64,000 nt of DNA, taken from positions 14,789 through 78,788 of the forward strand of contig JBAYIE010000020.1 in the NCBI GenBank assembly GCA_041665785.1. The letters are read 5' to 3'. The position numbers were made by a program, and so were the translations under genes. The stretch is from Bacteroidia bacterium. GTDB lineage: Bacteria > Bacteroidota > Bacteroidia > UKL13-3. This document shows positions 18,626 to 29,788 of the stretch, piece by piece; the first letter of the stretch is position 1, and each line of letters starts with the position of its first letter. The notes under the pieces were generated by a model, which saw only the letters and a list, made by a program, of their open reading frames with translations, was not told where the DNA came from and searched no databases.

Positions 18626-21600
18626 ATGATGAAATTGCGCATCCGGATATTTTTTGTTTTGATTTCGTGCCTGGGAGGAATGGAAGCTTATGCTCAAAAA
18701 ACCCTGGTCAACGAATCACCCCTGCGAATTTACAACCGTGCTCACGAATTGTTTCAGCACGAACAATACGGTGAAGCTCAAAAACATTTTCTGATTTATT
18801 CGGACAAGGCGGTTGATCGTGAAACACATATCAATGCACAGTATTATGCCGGTGTGTGTGCCATGGAATTGTTTAATCCCGATGCCATAAATTTACTGTT
18901 AAAAGTAAACCGGAATTATCCCGAACACAGCAAATCGAAACAGGCCTTATTTCAATTGGGTAAATATTTTTACCGGGTTAAAGACAATAAATCAGCTATA
19001 AAGTATTTTGAATATGTAAGCGCCGAAGACCTCACTCCTGCCGATGCCGAAGAATTCAATTTCCTCAAAGGGTACTGTTATTTTAAAACCGATAAGTTTG
19101 AACCTTCCAAAAAGAACTTCAGTGAGATCAAAGACAAGGCAGGTAAATATGCCGAAGCAGCGAATTACTATTATGGCTATGTGGTATATAAACAGGGCGA
19201 TTACGAAGATGCGCTGACCCATTTCAACAAAATCCTCAACAGCAAATCATTCGGGCCCCTGGCCAAAGTGTATGTTGCACAAATCTATTTTCTGCGCAAA
19301 CAATACCGGGAAGTAATTGGAGTAGGAGAAAGTGTTTCGGAAAAATCGGTATTGGATGATGCAGCCGGAATTATCGGGCAATCTTATTACCACCTCGGGC
19401 AATACGACAAGGCTGTTCCTTACCTCGAACGCTACAATGCCAATCCACCAGTATCCCGAACCAATGGAGATGTATACCGGTTGGCCTATGCGTATTTAAG
19501 AAGCGGACAACCCGACAAGGCGATTGATCTTTTCACTTCCATTACCAGCGAGAAAGATACCACTGCACAATACGCCAATTATTACCTTGCTGAAGCTTTT
19601 CTGGGAATGGGGAAGAAACAGGCGGCCAAATCGGCGTATCAGCTGGCACATAAACTCAATTTCAATCCGGAGGTTACAGAACAGTCGCTGTTTAATTATG
19701 CCCGCATTTGTGCCGAACTAGGAGTTCAACAGGAAGCACTCAAAGAATTCGTAACATTTATTAATACCTACCCCAATTCCAAATACAACGATGAGGCACG
19801 CTCAGAACTGAGCAATTTGCTGTTGAGTACGAAAAATTACAAGGAAGCCATACGTATTCTGGAAAGCATTCATGTGATGAATGAAAATAACAAAATGGCT
19901 TATCAGCGGGTTTGTTATTACAGAGCAGAAGAATTATACCTGAACAACGAATACGATAAGGCGAACGAACTATTTGTTAAATCGCAGCAATACCAATACG
20001 ACAAAAGACTGTATGCCTTAAGTTATTTCTGGCTGGCCGAGCTCCAGTATAAAAATTCGAACTTCGATAAAGCACTTGAGCTTTACCGGACTTTTGCCTC
20101 GTTTTCGCAAATACAGGAAACCCGTTTTTATCCGCTCTCCTCATACAACCGTGCCTATTGCCATCTGAAATTAAAGGACTTTTCGCAGTGTATCGATGAA
20201 ATGCGAAAATTCATAATCACCGAATATGCGCTGGCAAATCCCGAATTATATACTGATGGTATGATGCGCATAGCTGATTGTTATTTTGCATTGAATCAAT
20301 ACCCCAAAGCTATTGAATCTTATGACCTGATTATCTCCCGGAAATTACCAGGATCGGATTATGCGCTTTATCAAAAGGCCATGATTTTGGGAGTATTGAA
20401 TAAACCGGAGGAAAAAAATGCCGCTTTAAAAACCATTACTACCCAATTCAAACGTTCGACCTATATCGATGATGCCTATTTTGAAATGGCAAATGTGTAT
20501 TTGCAGACTGAGAAATATCAAGCTGCAGTGGATGGTTTCAATCAGATCATCAACGAATTTCCGAAGAGTGCATTTATCCGGAAATCGCATTTGAACAAAG
20601 GTCTGGCATATTACAACATGAGCAAAGACGAGGAAGCATTGGCTGCGTTCAAACGTTTGATAACTGATTTCTCTACATCGGAAGAAGCAAGGGAAGCGCT
20701 GACTGTTATAAAAAATATTTTCATCAACAAAGGAGAAAGCGATGCATACCTTGCCTTTATCAGCGTATTGCCCAATGTAACGGTTTCTCCATCCTATCAG
20801 GATTCAGTTACCTATGAGTCAGCATTTGTGTGGTACAAAAATGGAGACTGCACCAAGGCATCAAAAGCTTTTGGCAATTATATCCAGAAATTCGCCGGAG
20901 GATTTTTCATTCTAAAAGCAAATTATCAGAAAGCCGAGTGCGATTTTAAATTGAAGAATTACGACGAAGCCTTAACCGCGTATGAATTTGTAGCCGCTCA
21001 AAACCGGAACGATTATACCGAAAGAGCGGTAAGACAATCTGCCATCCTGCATTTTCTGAAGAAACAATACGAGAAGGCCTTTGACTATTATGCTTCGCTG
21101 GAGCGTATCGCTAGCAACCGGGATAACCTTGGAATTGCATTGCTTGGTCAGATGCGTTCGGCCGACAACCTGAACAGGCGCGATACAGCAGCTCAGGTGG
21201 CTTTCCGTTATCTGAATTCAACGATCGTCCAACGCGATGGATTGGTGGAAGCACAGTTGCATGCAGGAAGATTCTACATGACACATCAAGATCCGGATTC
21301 GGCTTTGGTTGCTTTTCAGTATGTGGTTAAGGAAACTAAAAACGCAATGGCTGCAGAAGCCAAGTACAACCTGGCATTGATCAAATACGGGAATAAGGAT
21401 TACAAAGCAGCAAGAAAATTAATTTTTGAAACGGCCGACAACTATTCTGCTTACGAGTATTGGGTAGCCATGGCTTATTTACTGCTTGCCGATACTTATA
21501 TCGCAGAGAAAGATTATTTCCAGGCCAAAGCTACCCTCGAAAGTTTGATCGAAAACTATGAAGGGGAAGACTTGCGCGTGGTTGCCCGTGAAAAGTTAAC

Positions 21601-21664
21601 CTACATCATAGCAGTAGAAGAAAAATTAAAAGACACCGGAAAGAAACCGGTGATCGAAGAATAA
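18626..21664 (+). CDS. large tetratricopeptide-repeat protein (secreted or periplasmic)
   Basis: 1012 aa with a signal peptide. Many A/Y/L-patterned 34-aa repeats (…YYLAEAFLGMGKKQAA…, …YFEMANVYLQTEKYQAA…). Confidence 0.8.
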   Translation: MMKLRIRIFFVLISCLGGMEAYAQKTLVNESPLRIYNRAHELFQHEQYGEAQKHFLIYSDKAVDRETHINAQYYAGVCAMELFNPDAINLLLKVNRNYPEHSKSKQALFQLGKYFYRVKDNKSAIKYFEYVSAEDLTPADAEEFNFLKGYCYFKTDKFEPSKKNFSEIKDKAGKYAEAANYYYGYVVYKQGDYEDALTHFNKILNSKSFGPLAKVYVAQIYFLRKQYREVIGVGESVSEKSVLDDAAGIIGQSYYHLGQYDKAVPYLERYNANPPVSRTNGDVYRLAYAYLRSGQPDKAIDLFTSITSEKDTTAQYANYYLAEAFLGMGKKQAAKSAYQLAHKLNFNPEVTEQSLFNYARICAELGVQQEALKEFVTFINTYPNSKYNDEARSELSNLLLSTKNYKEAIRILESIHVMNENNKMAYQRVCYYRAEELYLNNEYDKANELFVKSQQYQYDKRLYALSYFWLAELQYKNSNFDKALELYRTFASFSQIQETRFYPLSSYNRAYCHLKLKDFSQCIDEMRKFIITEYALANPELYTDGMMRIADCYFALNQYPKAIESYDLIISRKLPGSDYALYQKAMILGVLNKPEEKNAALKTITTQFKRSTYIDDAYFEMANVYLQTEKYQAAVDGFNQIINEFPKSAFIRKSHLNKGLAYYNMSKDEEALAAFKRLITDFSTSEEAREALTVIKNIFINKGESDAYLAFISVLPNVTVSPSYQDSVTYESAFVWYKNGDCTKASKAFGNYIQKFAGGFFILKANYQKAECDFKLKNYDEALTAYEFVAAQNRNDYTERAVRQSAILHFLKKQYEKAFDYYASLERIASNRDNLGIALLGQMRSADNLNRRDTAAQVAFRYLNSTIVQRDGLVEAQLHAGRFYMTHQDPDSALVAFQYVVKETKNAMAAEAKYNLALIKYGNKDYKAARKLIFETADNYSAYEYWVAMAYLLLADTYIAEKDYFQAKATLESLIENYEGEDLRVVAREKLTYIIAVEEKLKDTGKKPVIEE

Positions 21665-21680
21665 AATCAAAAAAGGTGAT

Positions 21681-23315
21681 ATGAAAAAACAGTTGAGCAT
21701 ACTTATCTTTCTGATGACTGCATTGCAACCTGGGCTCCATGCACAGGATACCATGCGCATTGATGTATTGAAGCCCTTTATTGCAACCCTGGGTGAAGCC
21801 ATAAAAATTCAAAGCAATCCAAATCCGGAAATACCGGTGGTAGTTAACGATACATTCGTATATCCAACCCCGGTGATTGAGCGTGTTGACATTCCTACTG
21901 CCTATACGATTAAACCTTTATCGCTTGGAACTTCGCTGCTGCCTAAATTGAAAAACAATTATGTACGTTTAGGGTATGGCAATTACAATACCCCTTTGAT
22001 CGAGCTCTATCTCAATACTACGCGTAACCGCAATTATCAGGCCGGAGCTTTTGTGAAACACCTTTCTTCCAGTCCTTCTGATGGACGAAAATTCAGTAAC
22101 AATACTGTTTCGACATTTGGTAAACGTTTCATCAATAAGTCGGTTTTAGAAGGAGACCTGATGTTTCACCAAAATGTGGTTAATCGCTATGGTTTTGCAT
22201 TTCCGGATGGTAGTTACAATGCTGCTGCAAATTCCCCGGGCAATACAGCCACTGAAAATGTGTATTCCCTTCTTCAGTTCCAAACCGCCTTCAGCAATGT
22301 ATTAAAGGATACCAGCAAGTTGGGATACGACCTGCGTGCAGTATACTATCGTTTCGGAACAAATTACGACCTGCACGAAGATGATTTTCGCCTGAGTGGA
22401 ACTTTTCAGCAAAGTGTGCAAGGCAATCCATTGCAGGTAATTACGGCTTTGCAAACCAATAGCATCGTGCATTCCGTTACATCCAATACTTACAGTCGAG
22501 TATTTGTAGATATTCATCCAACCTACCGATTGCTGATCGACAGGGCTTATCTGATGGTAGGTTTCAACTCCACCTTTTTTAATGATTCCAACGGAACCAA
22601 ATTCCTTTTCTTTCCACAAGCCGAACTGGGTTATAAACTCATTCCCAACTCCATCACTGCATACGCAGGATTTACCGGTGGACTGCAACGACATACCTTA
22701 CGCAGTCTGACTACTGAAAATCCATTTCTGCGCGGTTTTGTTCTGAACAATACAGTGAATCAATTTGAAATGTATATCGGATTAAAAGGAATCATCAGTC
22801 CGCAAACATCTTTTGTTATGGAGGCTTCACTTGCTACTATCCGTAACATGGTATTTTATGCAGCAGATTCCCTTTTGAACCAACAGGCTGTGGTATATGA
22901 TCCATCCAAGGCTGGATTATCGCGGATCAAGGCCGAACTGAATCACGAATTCGGAGAACAGTTTCGTTTTGGATTTGTGATGCAGTATTTTGGCTACGAT
23001 TTATCCATTACAGCCCCCTACTCGCGCCCTACTTTTACAACAGCATTAAATGTATTGTATGCGATTGGAAGTAAATTTAATCTGAGGACTGAATTCTTTA
23101 CCATGAATAAGCGAACCGGTTTGCAATTGCCTTCCAATATGGAATATGCGCTCAAAGGTCTGGTGGATATAAATGCAGGTCTTGATTACAGGTATAACCG
23201 AAACGTAAAAGTATTCCTGAATATCAACAACCTCACCAACAATGAGTACCAGCGCTGGCTTAATTTACCCGTATTGGGAATCAATGTGGTAGGTGGATTG
23301 GGTATAACGTTTTAA
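21681..23315 (+). CDS. outer-membrane beta-barrel protein (putative porin), hypothetical
   Basis: Signal peptide, alternating amphipathic strands, and a C-terminal beta-signal …GGLGITF. Confidence 0.65.
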   Translation: MKKQLSILIFLMTALQPGLHAQDTMRIDVLKPFIATLGEAIKIQSNPNPEIPVVVNDTFVYPTPVIERVDIPTAYTIKPLSLGTSLLPKLKNNYVRLGYGNYNTPLIELYLNTTRNRNYQAGAFVKHLSSSPSDGRKFSNNTVSTFGKRFINKSVLEGDLMFHQNVVNRYGFAFPDGSYNAAANSPGNTATENVYSLLQFQTAFSNVLKDTSKLGYDLRAVYYRFGTNYDLHEDDFRLSGTFQQSVQGNPLQVITALQTNSIVHSVTSNTYSRVFVDIHPTYRLLIDRAYLMVGFNSTFFNDSNGTKFLFFPQAELGYKLIPNSITAYAGFTGGLQRHTLRSLTTENPFLRGFVLNNTVNQFEMYIGLKGIISPQTSFVMEASLATIRNMVFYAADSLLNQQAVVYDPSKAGLSRIKAELNHEFGEQFRFGFVMQYFGYDLSITAPYSRPTFTTALNVLYAIGSKFNLRTEFFTMNKRTGLQLPSNMEYALKGLVDINAGLDYRYNRNVKVFLNINNLTNNEYQRWLNLPVLGINVVGGLGITF

Positions 23316-23331
23316 CTCGTTGTGAAACGAA

Positions 23332-24882
23332 TTAATGGATCGCAGTAACATTCACCCGTTCAATACCTTTCAGGTGCAGATCAATATGCTTTTCCCGTGC
23401 TTTAGCATCGTACTCGCTGATGATTTCCAGAATATCGTAATCGATAAAATTGCAGCCTTCGCCATCAATAATTAACTTACTGTATTCGGGTACTTCATCC
23501 AATACTTTGCGTAGTTTTACCTTATTCAGAAAGGTTACATTGCTGTTTAAAGCCAGCACGTAACTCTCAATTCCCTGATAGGTGGTTTTACTGATTTTAT
23601 ACTCCGCCTTAAAATTATTTTGCACAATAAAGTATACCGAAATCAATAATCCTATGCTGACTCCAATGAGCAGATCGGTAAGCAGGATAACAACAATGGT
23701 GATCATAAAGGGCAAAAACTGCTTCAATCCCAATTGCCACATATTGATGAAGAGTTTGGGTTTGCTCAAGTTATACCCGGTAAAAAAGAGAATGACCGAT
23801 AAGGAGGCAAATGGAATTTTGTTCAATACAAAGGGTACCAACATTACAGCCATCACCAGAAACAAACCATGTGTAAACGCTGAAAATTTGGTCTTTGCCC
23901 CAGCATCAATATTCGCTGCGCCACGCACCACCACAGCAGTCATCGGAATTGCCCCTACCATTCCGCAAGCCATATTTCCAATGCCCTGAGCTACCAATTC
24001 ACGGTTAACAGGTGTTATGCGGTTACGACGATCGAGTTTATCGATGGCTTCAATGCACAATAAGGTTTCGAGCGTAGCCAGCAAGCCAATGATCAATCCG
24101 GATTTCCAGATCTCAGCATTGGAAAACAACATGGACAAATCCGGAAATTCGATATTCAAAAAAATATTATCCGTAATATTAACCAGTTGATTGTCTTTCA
24201 GTGAAAATCCCGGAACCATTAATTCAAAACACAAATTAACCAGTACACCGACAAGCACAATAAACAAGGGTGCCGGAATGGCCTTTATCTGTTGGGCAAA
24301 AGGGCGTTGCAAGAGCCAGTACACAAACAGAGAGAATATAGTAACTACTACTGTTCCGCGCGATGTGGTATTTCGTAAATGATGTAATAATCCGTTTACA
24401 CTATGTTCAGAAAAGAGATTTAAAAAAGTGCTGGTCCAGAAATCGGGTTCATCGTATCCGATCATGAAAGGAATCTGTTTGGAAATCAACAGAATTCCGA
24501 TTGCTGCCAACATTCCTTTAATAACAGACGAAGGAAAATAATTGGCAATAGCTCCAAGTCGCAATATTCCCAGCAATAATTGAAAGAGTCCGGCTACCAC
24601 AACAGCCAGCAAAAACAAACGATAATCGCCTAGTGAAATAATTGTAGCTGCCACAACTCCCGTTAATCCCGCTGCAGGTCCGGATACAGCCAACTGCGAC
24701 CCGCTGATGAGCGAAACAACCAATCCTCCTATCATACCAGAGATCAGTCCGGCATACAAGGGAGCGCCCGATGCCAGTGCGATTCCCAGGCACAAGGGCA
24801 AGGCAACCAGGAATACGGATAACCCAGCTGGTAAATCATGTTTTAACCAAACGATGCGGTAATACTTTAAAGTACGCTTCAT
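23332..24882 (-). CDS. SulP-family anion transporter with a C-terminal STAS domain
   Basis: 516 aa. N-terminal DLPAGLSVFLVALPLCLGIALASGAP, typical of SulP, plus a cytoplasmic STAS-like tail. Confidence 0.88.
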   Translation of the reverse strand: MKRTLKYYRIVWLKHDLPAGLSVFLVALPLCLGIALASGAPLYAGLISGMIGGLVVSLISGSQLAVSGPAAGLTGVVAATIISLGDYRLFLLAVVVAGLFQLLLGILRLGAIANYFPSSVIKGMLAAIGILLISKQIPFMIGYDEPDFWTSTFLNLFSEHSVNGLLHHLRNTTSRGTVVVTIFSLFVYWLLQRPFAQQIKAIPAPLFIVLVGVLVNLCFELMVPGFSLKDNQLVNITDNIFLNIEFPDLSMLFSNAEIWKSGLIIGLLATLETLLCIEAIDKLDRRNRITPVNRELVAQGIGNMACGMVGAIPMTAVVVRGAANIDAGAKTKFSAFTHGLFLVMAVMLVPFVLNKIPFASLSVILFFTGYNLSKPKLFINMWQLGLKQFLPFMITIVVILLTDLLIGVSIGLLISVYFIVQNNFKAEYKISKTTYQGIESYVLALNSNVTFLNKVKLRKVLDEVPEYSKLIIDGEGCNFIDYDILEIISEYDAKAREKHIDLHLKGIERVNVTAIH

Positions 24883-24920
24883 GGATCACACCGTTTTTAA
24901 GCGTATCGAATTTAAATTCA

Positions 24921-26948
24921 TTATCGTTTTGCAGTATTGTTTAACATATCTGCAATGGCTTCTTCTCCCAGCGTGCGAATCAGGTCGTAAGGATGTGTAT
25001 CCGTTCCTGTACGTTTTTTCCTTTCCTCTTCACGTACTTTTTTTCGCTTGTCTTGTTCATCCGTTTCAGTCTTCCACTTTTCTTTATTCAATGTTTGATA
25101 CCGGCGTGCATCAATCGTTTTATAATCATGGATATCTTGTAAAAGATATGCGTATTCAACATTGCTTTTTAACCGTCCTTCGGCTTGCTGAATCAGTTCC
25201 GGCAATTTCAACCCTTCAAAGGAAATCACATCGTAATGGGTGTTGTTGATCTGATCGCTTTTCAATGCAAATGGACTGGCATCTTCTCCAAATTTTGCAT
25301 CGTCGTATATTCCAGGTAACTGAATATCGGGAGTAACTCCCAGATGCTGGGTTGTGGATCCGTTAATGCGATAAAATTTTGCAATGGTTAAATTTACCTG
25401 ACCGAATTTCTTATCCCACGCATTTTTCTTGTACTGGTTTAAATCAACTTGCTCCTGAACTGTCCCTTTTCCATAAGTACGTTCGCCAATTACAAGGCCC
25501 CGTTTATAATCCTGAATGGCAGCCGAGAAAATTTCGGATGCTGAGGCGCTCTGGCGGTTTACTAATACTACCAAAGGACCATTGTAAAATACCTGTTCGT
25601 CATAATCCACTTCTGAACGCACATTTTCAGCCTGATCTTTCACCTGAACAACGGGACCTTTGGGTATAAACAATCCTGTAAGATCAACTGCTTCTTTCAA
25701 TGATCCTCCTCCATTGTAGCGCAGATCGATAATAAGACCGGAGATTTTCTCTTTTTTCAATTCAGTGATCAGGCGCTTAACGTCACGTGTGGTGCTTTTA
25801 AAATTAGGGTCTCCGCGTTGAGCTGCCGCAAAATCGATATAAAAAGTTGGAAGCGTGATTACACCTATTTTGTATTTCTTTCCTTTACGGGTTATGGTAC
25901 GAATACTGCTTTTAGCCGATTGATCCTCCAATACAATTTTATCGCGAACAATTTCTATAACGGTTGTTTTATTGGGCTCATTGGCCGGAATTATTTCGAG
26001 CCTTACAAGTGTCCCTTTTTTACCGCGAATGATAGCAACCACATCATCGATACGCCAATCAATTACATTGACCATTTCGCTGTCTTTACCCTGTGCTACC
26101 CCAATGATGCGGTCGCCGGCATGTATTTTTTTGCTTTTGTCTGCCGGACCACCTTTTACAATTTCGTGCACCTTGGTATATTCGTTTTCAGTGCGCAAAG
26201 TTGCCCCTATTCCTTCCAGTGAGAGTGTCATGGCCTGTTTAAAATCTTCGGCAGATCGCGGCGAGAAATAATTGGTATGCGGATCGGCCAGTTCCAGGAT
26301 GGAATTCATAAACAACTGAAATACATCTTCGCTTTTGGTTTTGGCAGAGAACTTACGAAGGTTTTCATATCGCTTACGAATGGTTTCAGCATAGAATGTA
26401 AAAGGTTTATCGGTTAATGCAATCCCCAGACATTCGTATTTCACTTTATTTCTCCAGAGCTGATCCATTTCCCGGTAATCAACACACCAGCTGCTTTTCT
26501 CACGATCGATTTCAAACGAATCCTGCTGGTTAAAATCAAATGAATCCTTTAACAGGGTTAAAGCAAAATCGATACGATCGTTCAACCTTTCGCGATATAC
26601 ATTGAAAATGTCGAATGCCATATCCGGACCTCCTTCAAACACTGCTTCGTCAAGCGTGTTGCGGTATTTCTCAAATGATGCAATATCGCTTTGCAGGAAA
26701 TAAACCCGAGACGGATCCAGGTGTTTCAGATAATTATCGAGTGCTTGTGACGAAAATTCATCGTTGATCCGGGGTTTGGCATAATGATAGGTAGCCACCA
26801 GCTGGAGGGTTGTTTGAAAAACGGTTTGATGTTGGGGTTCGGGTTTTAAACCGGTTTTCGAATAGGCTGTTGAATCACCTGCACAGGCTGTTTGAGAGAA
26901 AAGCAAAAAAACGGGAACCAGCAGTAAAAAGAGTTTTCTAAATAGCAT
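24921..26948 (-). CDS. carboxy-terminal processing (tail-specific) peptidase, family S41
   Basis: 675 aa with a signal peptide and a PDZ-like region. The S41 catalytic context is NRQSASASEIF … GERTYGKGTVQ. Confidence 0.88.
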   Translation of the reverse strand: MLFRKLFLLLVPVFLLFSQTACAGDSTAYSKTGLKPEPQHQTVFQTTLQLVATYHYAKPRINDEFSSQALDNYLKHLDPSRVYFLQSDIASFEKYRNTLDEAVFEGGPDMAFDIFNVYRERLNDRIDFALTLLKDSFDFNQQDSFEIDREKSSWCVDYREMDQLWRNKVKYECLGIALTDKPFTFYAETIRKRYENLRKFSAKTKSEDVFQLFMNSILELADPHTNYFSPRSAEDFKQAMTLSLEGIGATLRTENEYTKVHEIVKGGPADKSKKIHAGDRIIGVAQGKDSEMVNVIDWRIDDVVAIIRGKKGTLVRLEIIPANEPNKTTVIEIVRDKIVLEDQSAKSSIRTITRKGKKYKIGVITLPTFYIDFAAAQRGDPNFKSTTRDVKRLITELKKEKISGLIIDLRYNGGGSLKEAVDLTGLFIPKGPVVQVKDQAENVRSEVDYDEQVFYNGPLVVLVNRQSASASEIFSAAIQDYKRGLVIGERTYGKGTVQEQVDLNQYKKNAWDKKFGQVNLTIAKFYRINGSTTQHLGVTPDIQLPGIYDDAKFGEDASPFALKSDQINNTHYDVISFEGLKLPELIQQAEGRLKSNVEYAYLLQDIHDYKTIDARRYQTLNKEKWKTETDEQDKRKKVREEERKKRTGTDTHPYDLIRTLGEEAIADMLNNTAKR

Positions 26949-28813
26949 TAGCGCGCAATAATAAATTTACGGGTCGCAATATACGTACCCCCTGTTTGAT
27001 AAGAATAAAAATAAATACCGTTGTCGAGACCGGTTAGATCCAGCTCCAGCTTGTTTAATCCGTAATGAGGATGCAAGGAATATTCCTTTAATTTCCGTCC
27101 ATTCAAGTCCATTATACTCATAACACTTGACTCAGCAGCATTCATTACAAAATACGGTAAAGTGACTTGCGAAGCTGCCGGATTGGGATAAGCTCCAAAC
27201 AGATAATCTTTCTCTGTTACCTGATTTTCATCAATGCCCACACCAGTCTGAAAATAAACAGTATAATACCCTTCCGGAGCAGTGATTGGCTTTACCGCCG
27301 TTTTTCCGTTGTTGGTTGTAGCCGTTAAATAATATTCGATTTTATCATCCAGTGTCAGGCTGGCATCTGCAATATCTCCAACAAAGAATCCGGCGCTATC
27401 GCTTAAGTTAAGCGTACTCCAGGATGCTGCACCCCGCTTACGCCATTTGCACGTTGCCTGAGCAATGCCACTGTTGTTACTGATTTTGGCAAGTATGTGG
27501 TATGAATTGCGCAACGATTGCTGACCATCGATGCTGGGATGCCAGAACAGTACTGGGTTTTCAGCCGGAATCTGGATGGTTATGCAATGGATCTCTCCAC
27601 CATATGGACTTAGCGCCCTTGAGTCAATTTCGCGTATTTTATATCCCGGCATCAGGTACTTAAACAATTGAGTGGCCGAATCGGTTTGCGCCTTGTTACC
27701 GTTTTGTGCATTGGAATAGCTGGGATAAATAAATGTTTTATTCACCGTAATTCCATTTACAAAGGTACGGGCATCGTTGTTGATCTGATTGCAGGTAGTA
27801 TCTTTGTATTTTCCGTTGTCGCCTGTTGGGTGTGGAATGCGAAATATCCGGAAGGGTCGGTTGTAGGTAGATTTTAAAGTGGTTAATCGTTGGTGATTGT
27901 CTTCAATGATTTGCCGGTCCTGTGCTCTGACTATCTTAGGATATTGCGAAACAAAAATGGTTTGCTCATCCGTCATTTTTAAATAGAGATCGATATGACC
28001 GGTACCTCCATCGCATTCCAGTGTCTGTGTTTCGATGATTACCGGAGAGTTAAACAAATAACGCATACTGTCGGTGGTGATTTGTGGTGTCCACACCGGG
28101 TTATGTACACCTCCGGCTGTATTTACATCGGTAACTACCGAACTGTAATACAACATACCGAATCCATCACTGATCAGGTTTCCACCTTCTGAGTTGAGGG
28201 TGGTTTCGAAATTGGGAATATTCATTTCTCCGGCCAGGTATTTGGGAAATGTATTGTCCTCTTCACGTCCGGGATAATACTTTAAATCGATAAAGGCCAC
28301 ACTATCCTTGTCGCCGTAGTACACGCCATTGGGACCAAAATCGCGGATCCACCAACCGTTTCCGGGCTTTACATAGAAACGATAATTGTACAGAGGCTTA
28401 CCCCGGTTTTGCATAAATGCTTTTACCCGAATAGTATCGGTTGCTTTGTTGACCCGAATCCAGACAGGACATTCTTCCTGAATATAATCGCACAGTTGAG
28501 CGGAGATTAATCCCCAATCATAGGTCGTATCCACATTACCGGTAGGAGATCCAAAATCATCGTATCCATCTGCCCAGGAAATGGCTACGGCCTGCGATTC
28601 TTCAAACTCACCCGGATAGCGAAGGTTAACGGGAAGAACGATCCCTCCGGCTTTTCCAAAAACCTGTCGGGTTGCCTGTTGTTTCAGCAAAAGTTTTTCC
28701 GTTTCGGTCCGGAATGCCGGTAATTTCTGACTTTGTGCCTTTAACACGAATGGCCCTGAAAACAATAGACAAATTGTTAAAGTCAAGGTGAAGTTGTAAC
28801 GGTTTAATTGCAT
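26948..28813 (-). CDS. agmatine deiminase / Porphyromonas-type peptidyl-arginine deiminase family protein with a T9SS C-terminal sorting domain
   Basis: Signal peptide. Guanidino-modifying catalytic Cys context GGEIHCITIQIP. C-terminal YPNPAASQVTL…GIYFYSYQ…RKFIIAR (T9SS CTD). Confidence 0.8.
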   Translation of the reverse strand: MQLNRYNFTLTLTICLLFSGPFVLKAQSQKLPAFRTETEKLLLKQQATRQVFGKAGGIVLPVNLRYPGEFEESQAVAISWADGYDDFGSPTGNVDTTYDWGLISAQLCDYIQEECPVWIRVNKATDTIRVKAFMQNRGKPLYNYRFYVKPGNGWWIRDFGPNGVYYGDKDSVAFIDLKYYPGREEDNTFPKYLAGEMNIPNFETTLNSEGGNLISDGFGMLYYSSVVTDVNTAGGVHNPVWTPQITTDSMRYLFNSPVIIETQTLECDGGTGHIDLYLKMTDEQTIFVSQYPKIVRAQDRQIIEDNHQRLTTLKSTYNRPFRIFRIPHPTGDNGKYKDTTCNQINNDARTFVNGITVNKTFIYPSYSNAQNGNKAQTDSATQLFKYLMPGYKIREIDSRALSPYGGEIHCITIQIPAENPVLFWHPSIDGQQSLRNSYHILAKISNNSGIAQATCKWRKRGAASWSTLNLSDSAGFFVGDIADASLTLDDKIEYYLTATTNNGKTAVKPITAPEGYYTVYFQTGVGIDENQVTEKDYLFGAYPNPAASQVTLPYFVMNAAESSVMSIMDLNGRKLKEYSLHPHYGLNKLELDLTGLDNGIYFYSYQTGGTYIATRKFIIAR

Positions 28814-28821
28814 AATGGAAT

Positions 28822-29778
28822 TTATTTTTTCAATCCGATTTCTCTTAGTCTTTCATCTAAATATTCGCCTGCAGTAATGGACTCATAAGCCAATGGATGC
28901 GTTGCATCAATGCAATCGGGCAGGCAAGCCAGCGACATCTCTGAACGCGGATGCAGAAAGAATGGAATGGAATAGCGTGGCGATGCCCACTTTTCTTTCG
29001 GTGGATTTACGACACGGTGTGTGGTTGATTTCAATTTATTGTTGGTGAGACGTTGCAGCATATCACCCACATTTACTACCAGCTGATCGGGCAATGCTGT
29101 AATTGGTATCCACTTATTATTCTTATTCAATACTTCAAGACCTTCAGCCGATGCTCCCATCAACAAAGTAATGAGGTTGATATCTTCATGTTCTGCTGCA
29201 CGTACAGCAGAAGAAGGTTCTTCTATTATCGGCGGATAATGAATAGCGCGCAGAATGCTGTTGCCGTGATGAATTTTTGCGTCGAAATAAAATTCATCCA
29301 AACCCAGATACAGCGCTATTGCACGCAGCATATATTTTCCGGTTTCTTCCAAAGCCCGGTATGCCTGCATACTCAATGCATTGAATTCAGGTAATTCGCT
29401 GACTTTTACATTATCGGGATATTGCGTTTTGATGGGATCGTTATCGTCTACTTCGTTACCTATTTGCCAGAATTCTTTGAGATCACCAACCGTGCGTCCT
29501 TTGGCATGTTCCTTTCCAATCGAGGTGTAGCCCCGTTGTCCGGCCAACCCATCAATTTCATATTTTTGCTTGATTACGGCAGGCATTGCAAACAGTTGTT
29601 GAATCTGTTCGTATAATTTTGATGTTAAACGGTCATCCAGCAAATGCCCCTTCACGGCAACAAATCCAATTTCATGATACGCTTTGCCTAATTTCTGAAC
29701 AAATTGAAGTTTCAGATCCTGATCTCCTGATATAAAATCAGTAAGGTCAATGGAAGGAATACCTGCGTTGTGTGGCAT
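28822..29778 (-). CDS. 2-oxoglutarate/Fe(II)-dependent oxygenase (isopenicillin N synthase family)
   Basis: HxD…H facial triad context (AEHEDINLITLL … TTHRVVNP). Confidence 0.85.
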   Translation of the reverse strand: MPHNAGIPSIDLTDFISGDQDLKLQFVQKLGKAYHEIGFVAVKGHLLDDRLTSKLYEQIQQLFAMPAVIKQKYEIDGLAGQRGYTSIGKEHAKGRTVGDLKEFWQIGNEVDDNDPIKTQYPDNVKVSELPEFNALSMQAYRALEETGKYMLRAIALYLGLDEFYFDAKIHHGNSILRAIHYPPIIEEPSSAVRAAEHEDINLITLLMGASAEGLEVLNKNNKWIPITALPDQLVVNVGDMLQRLTNNKLKSTTHRVVNPPKEKWASPRYSIPFFLHPRSEMSLACLPDCIDATHPLAYESITAGEYLDERLREIGLKK

Positions 29779-29788
29779 GGTGGTAAGT

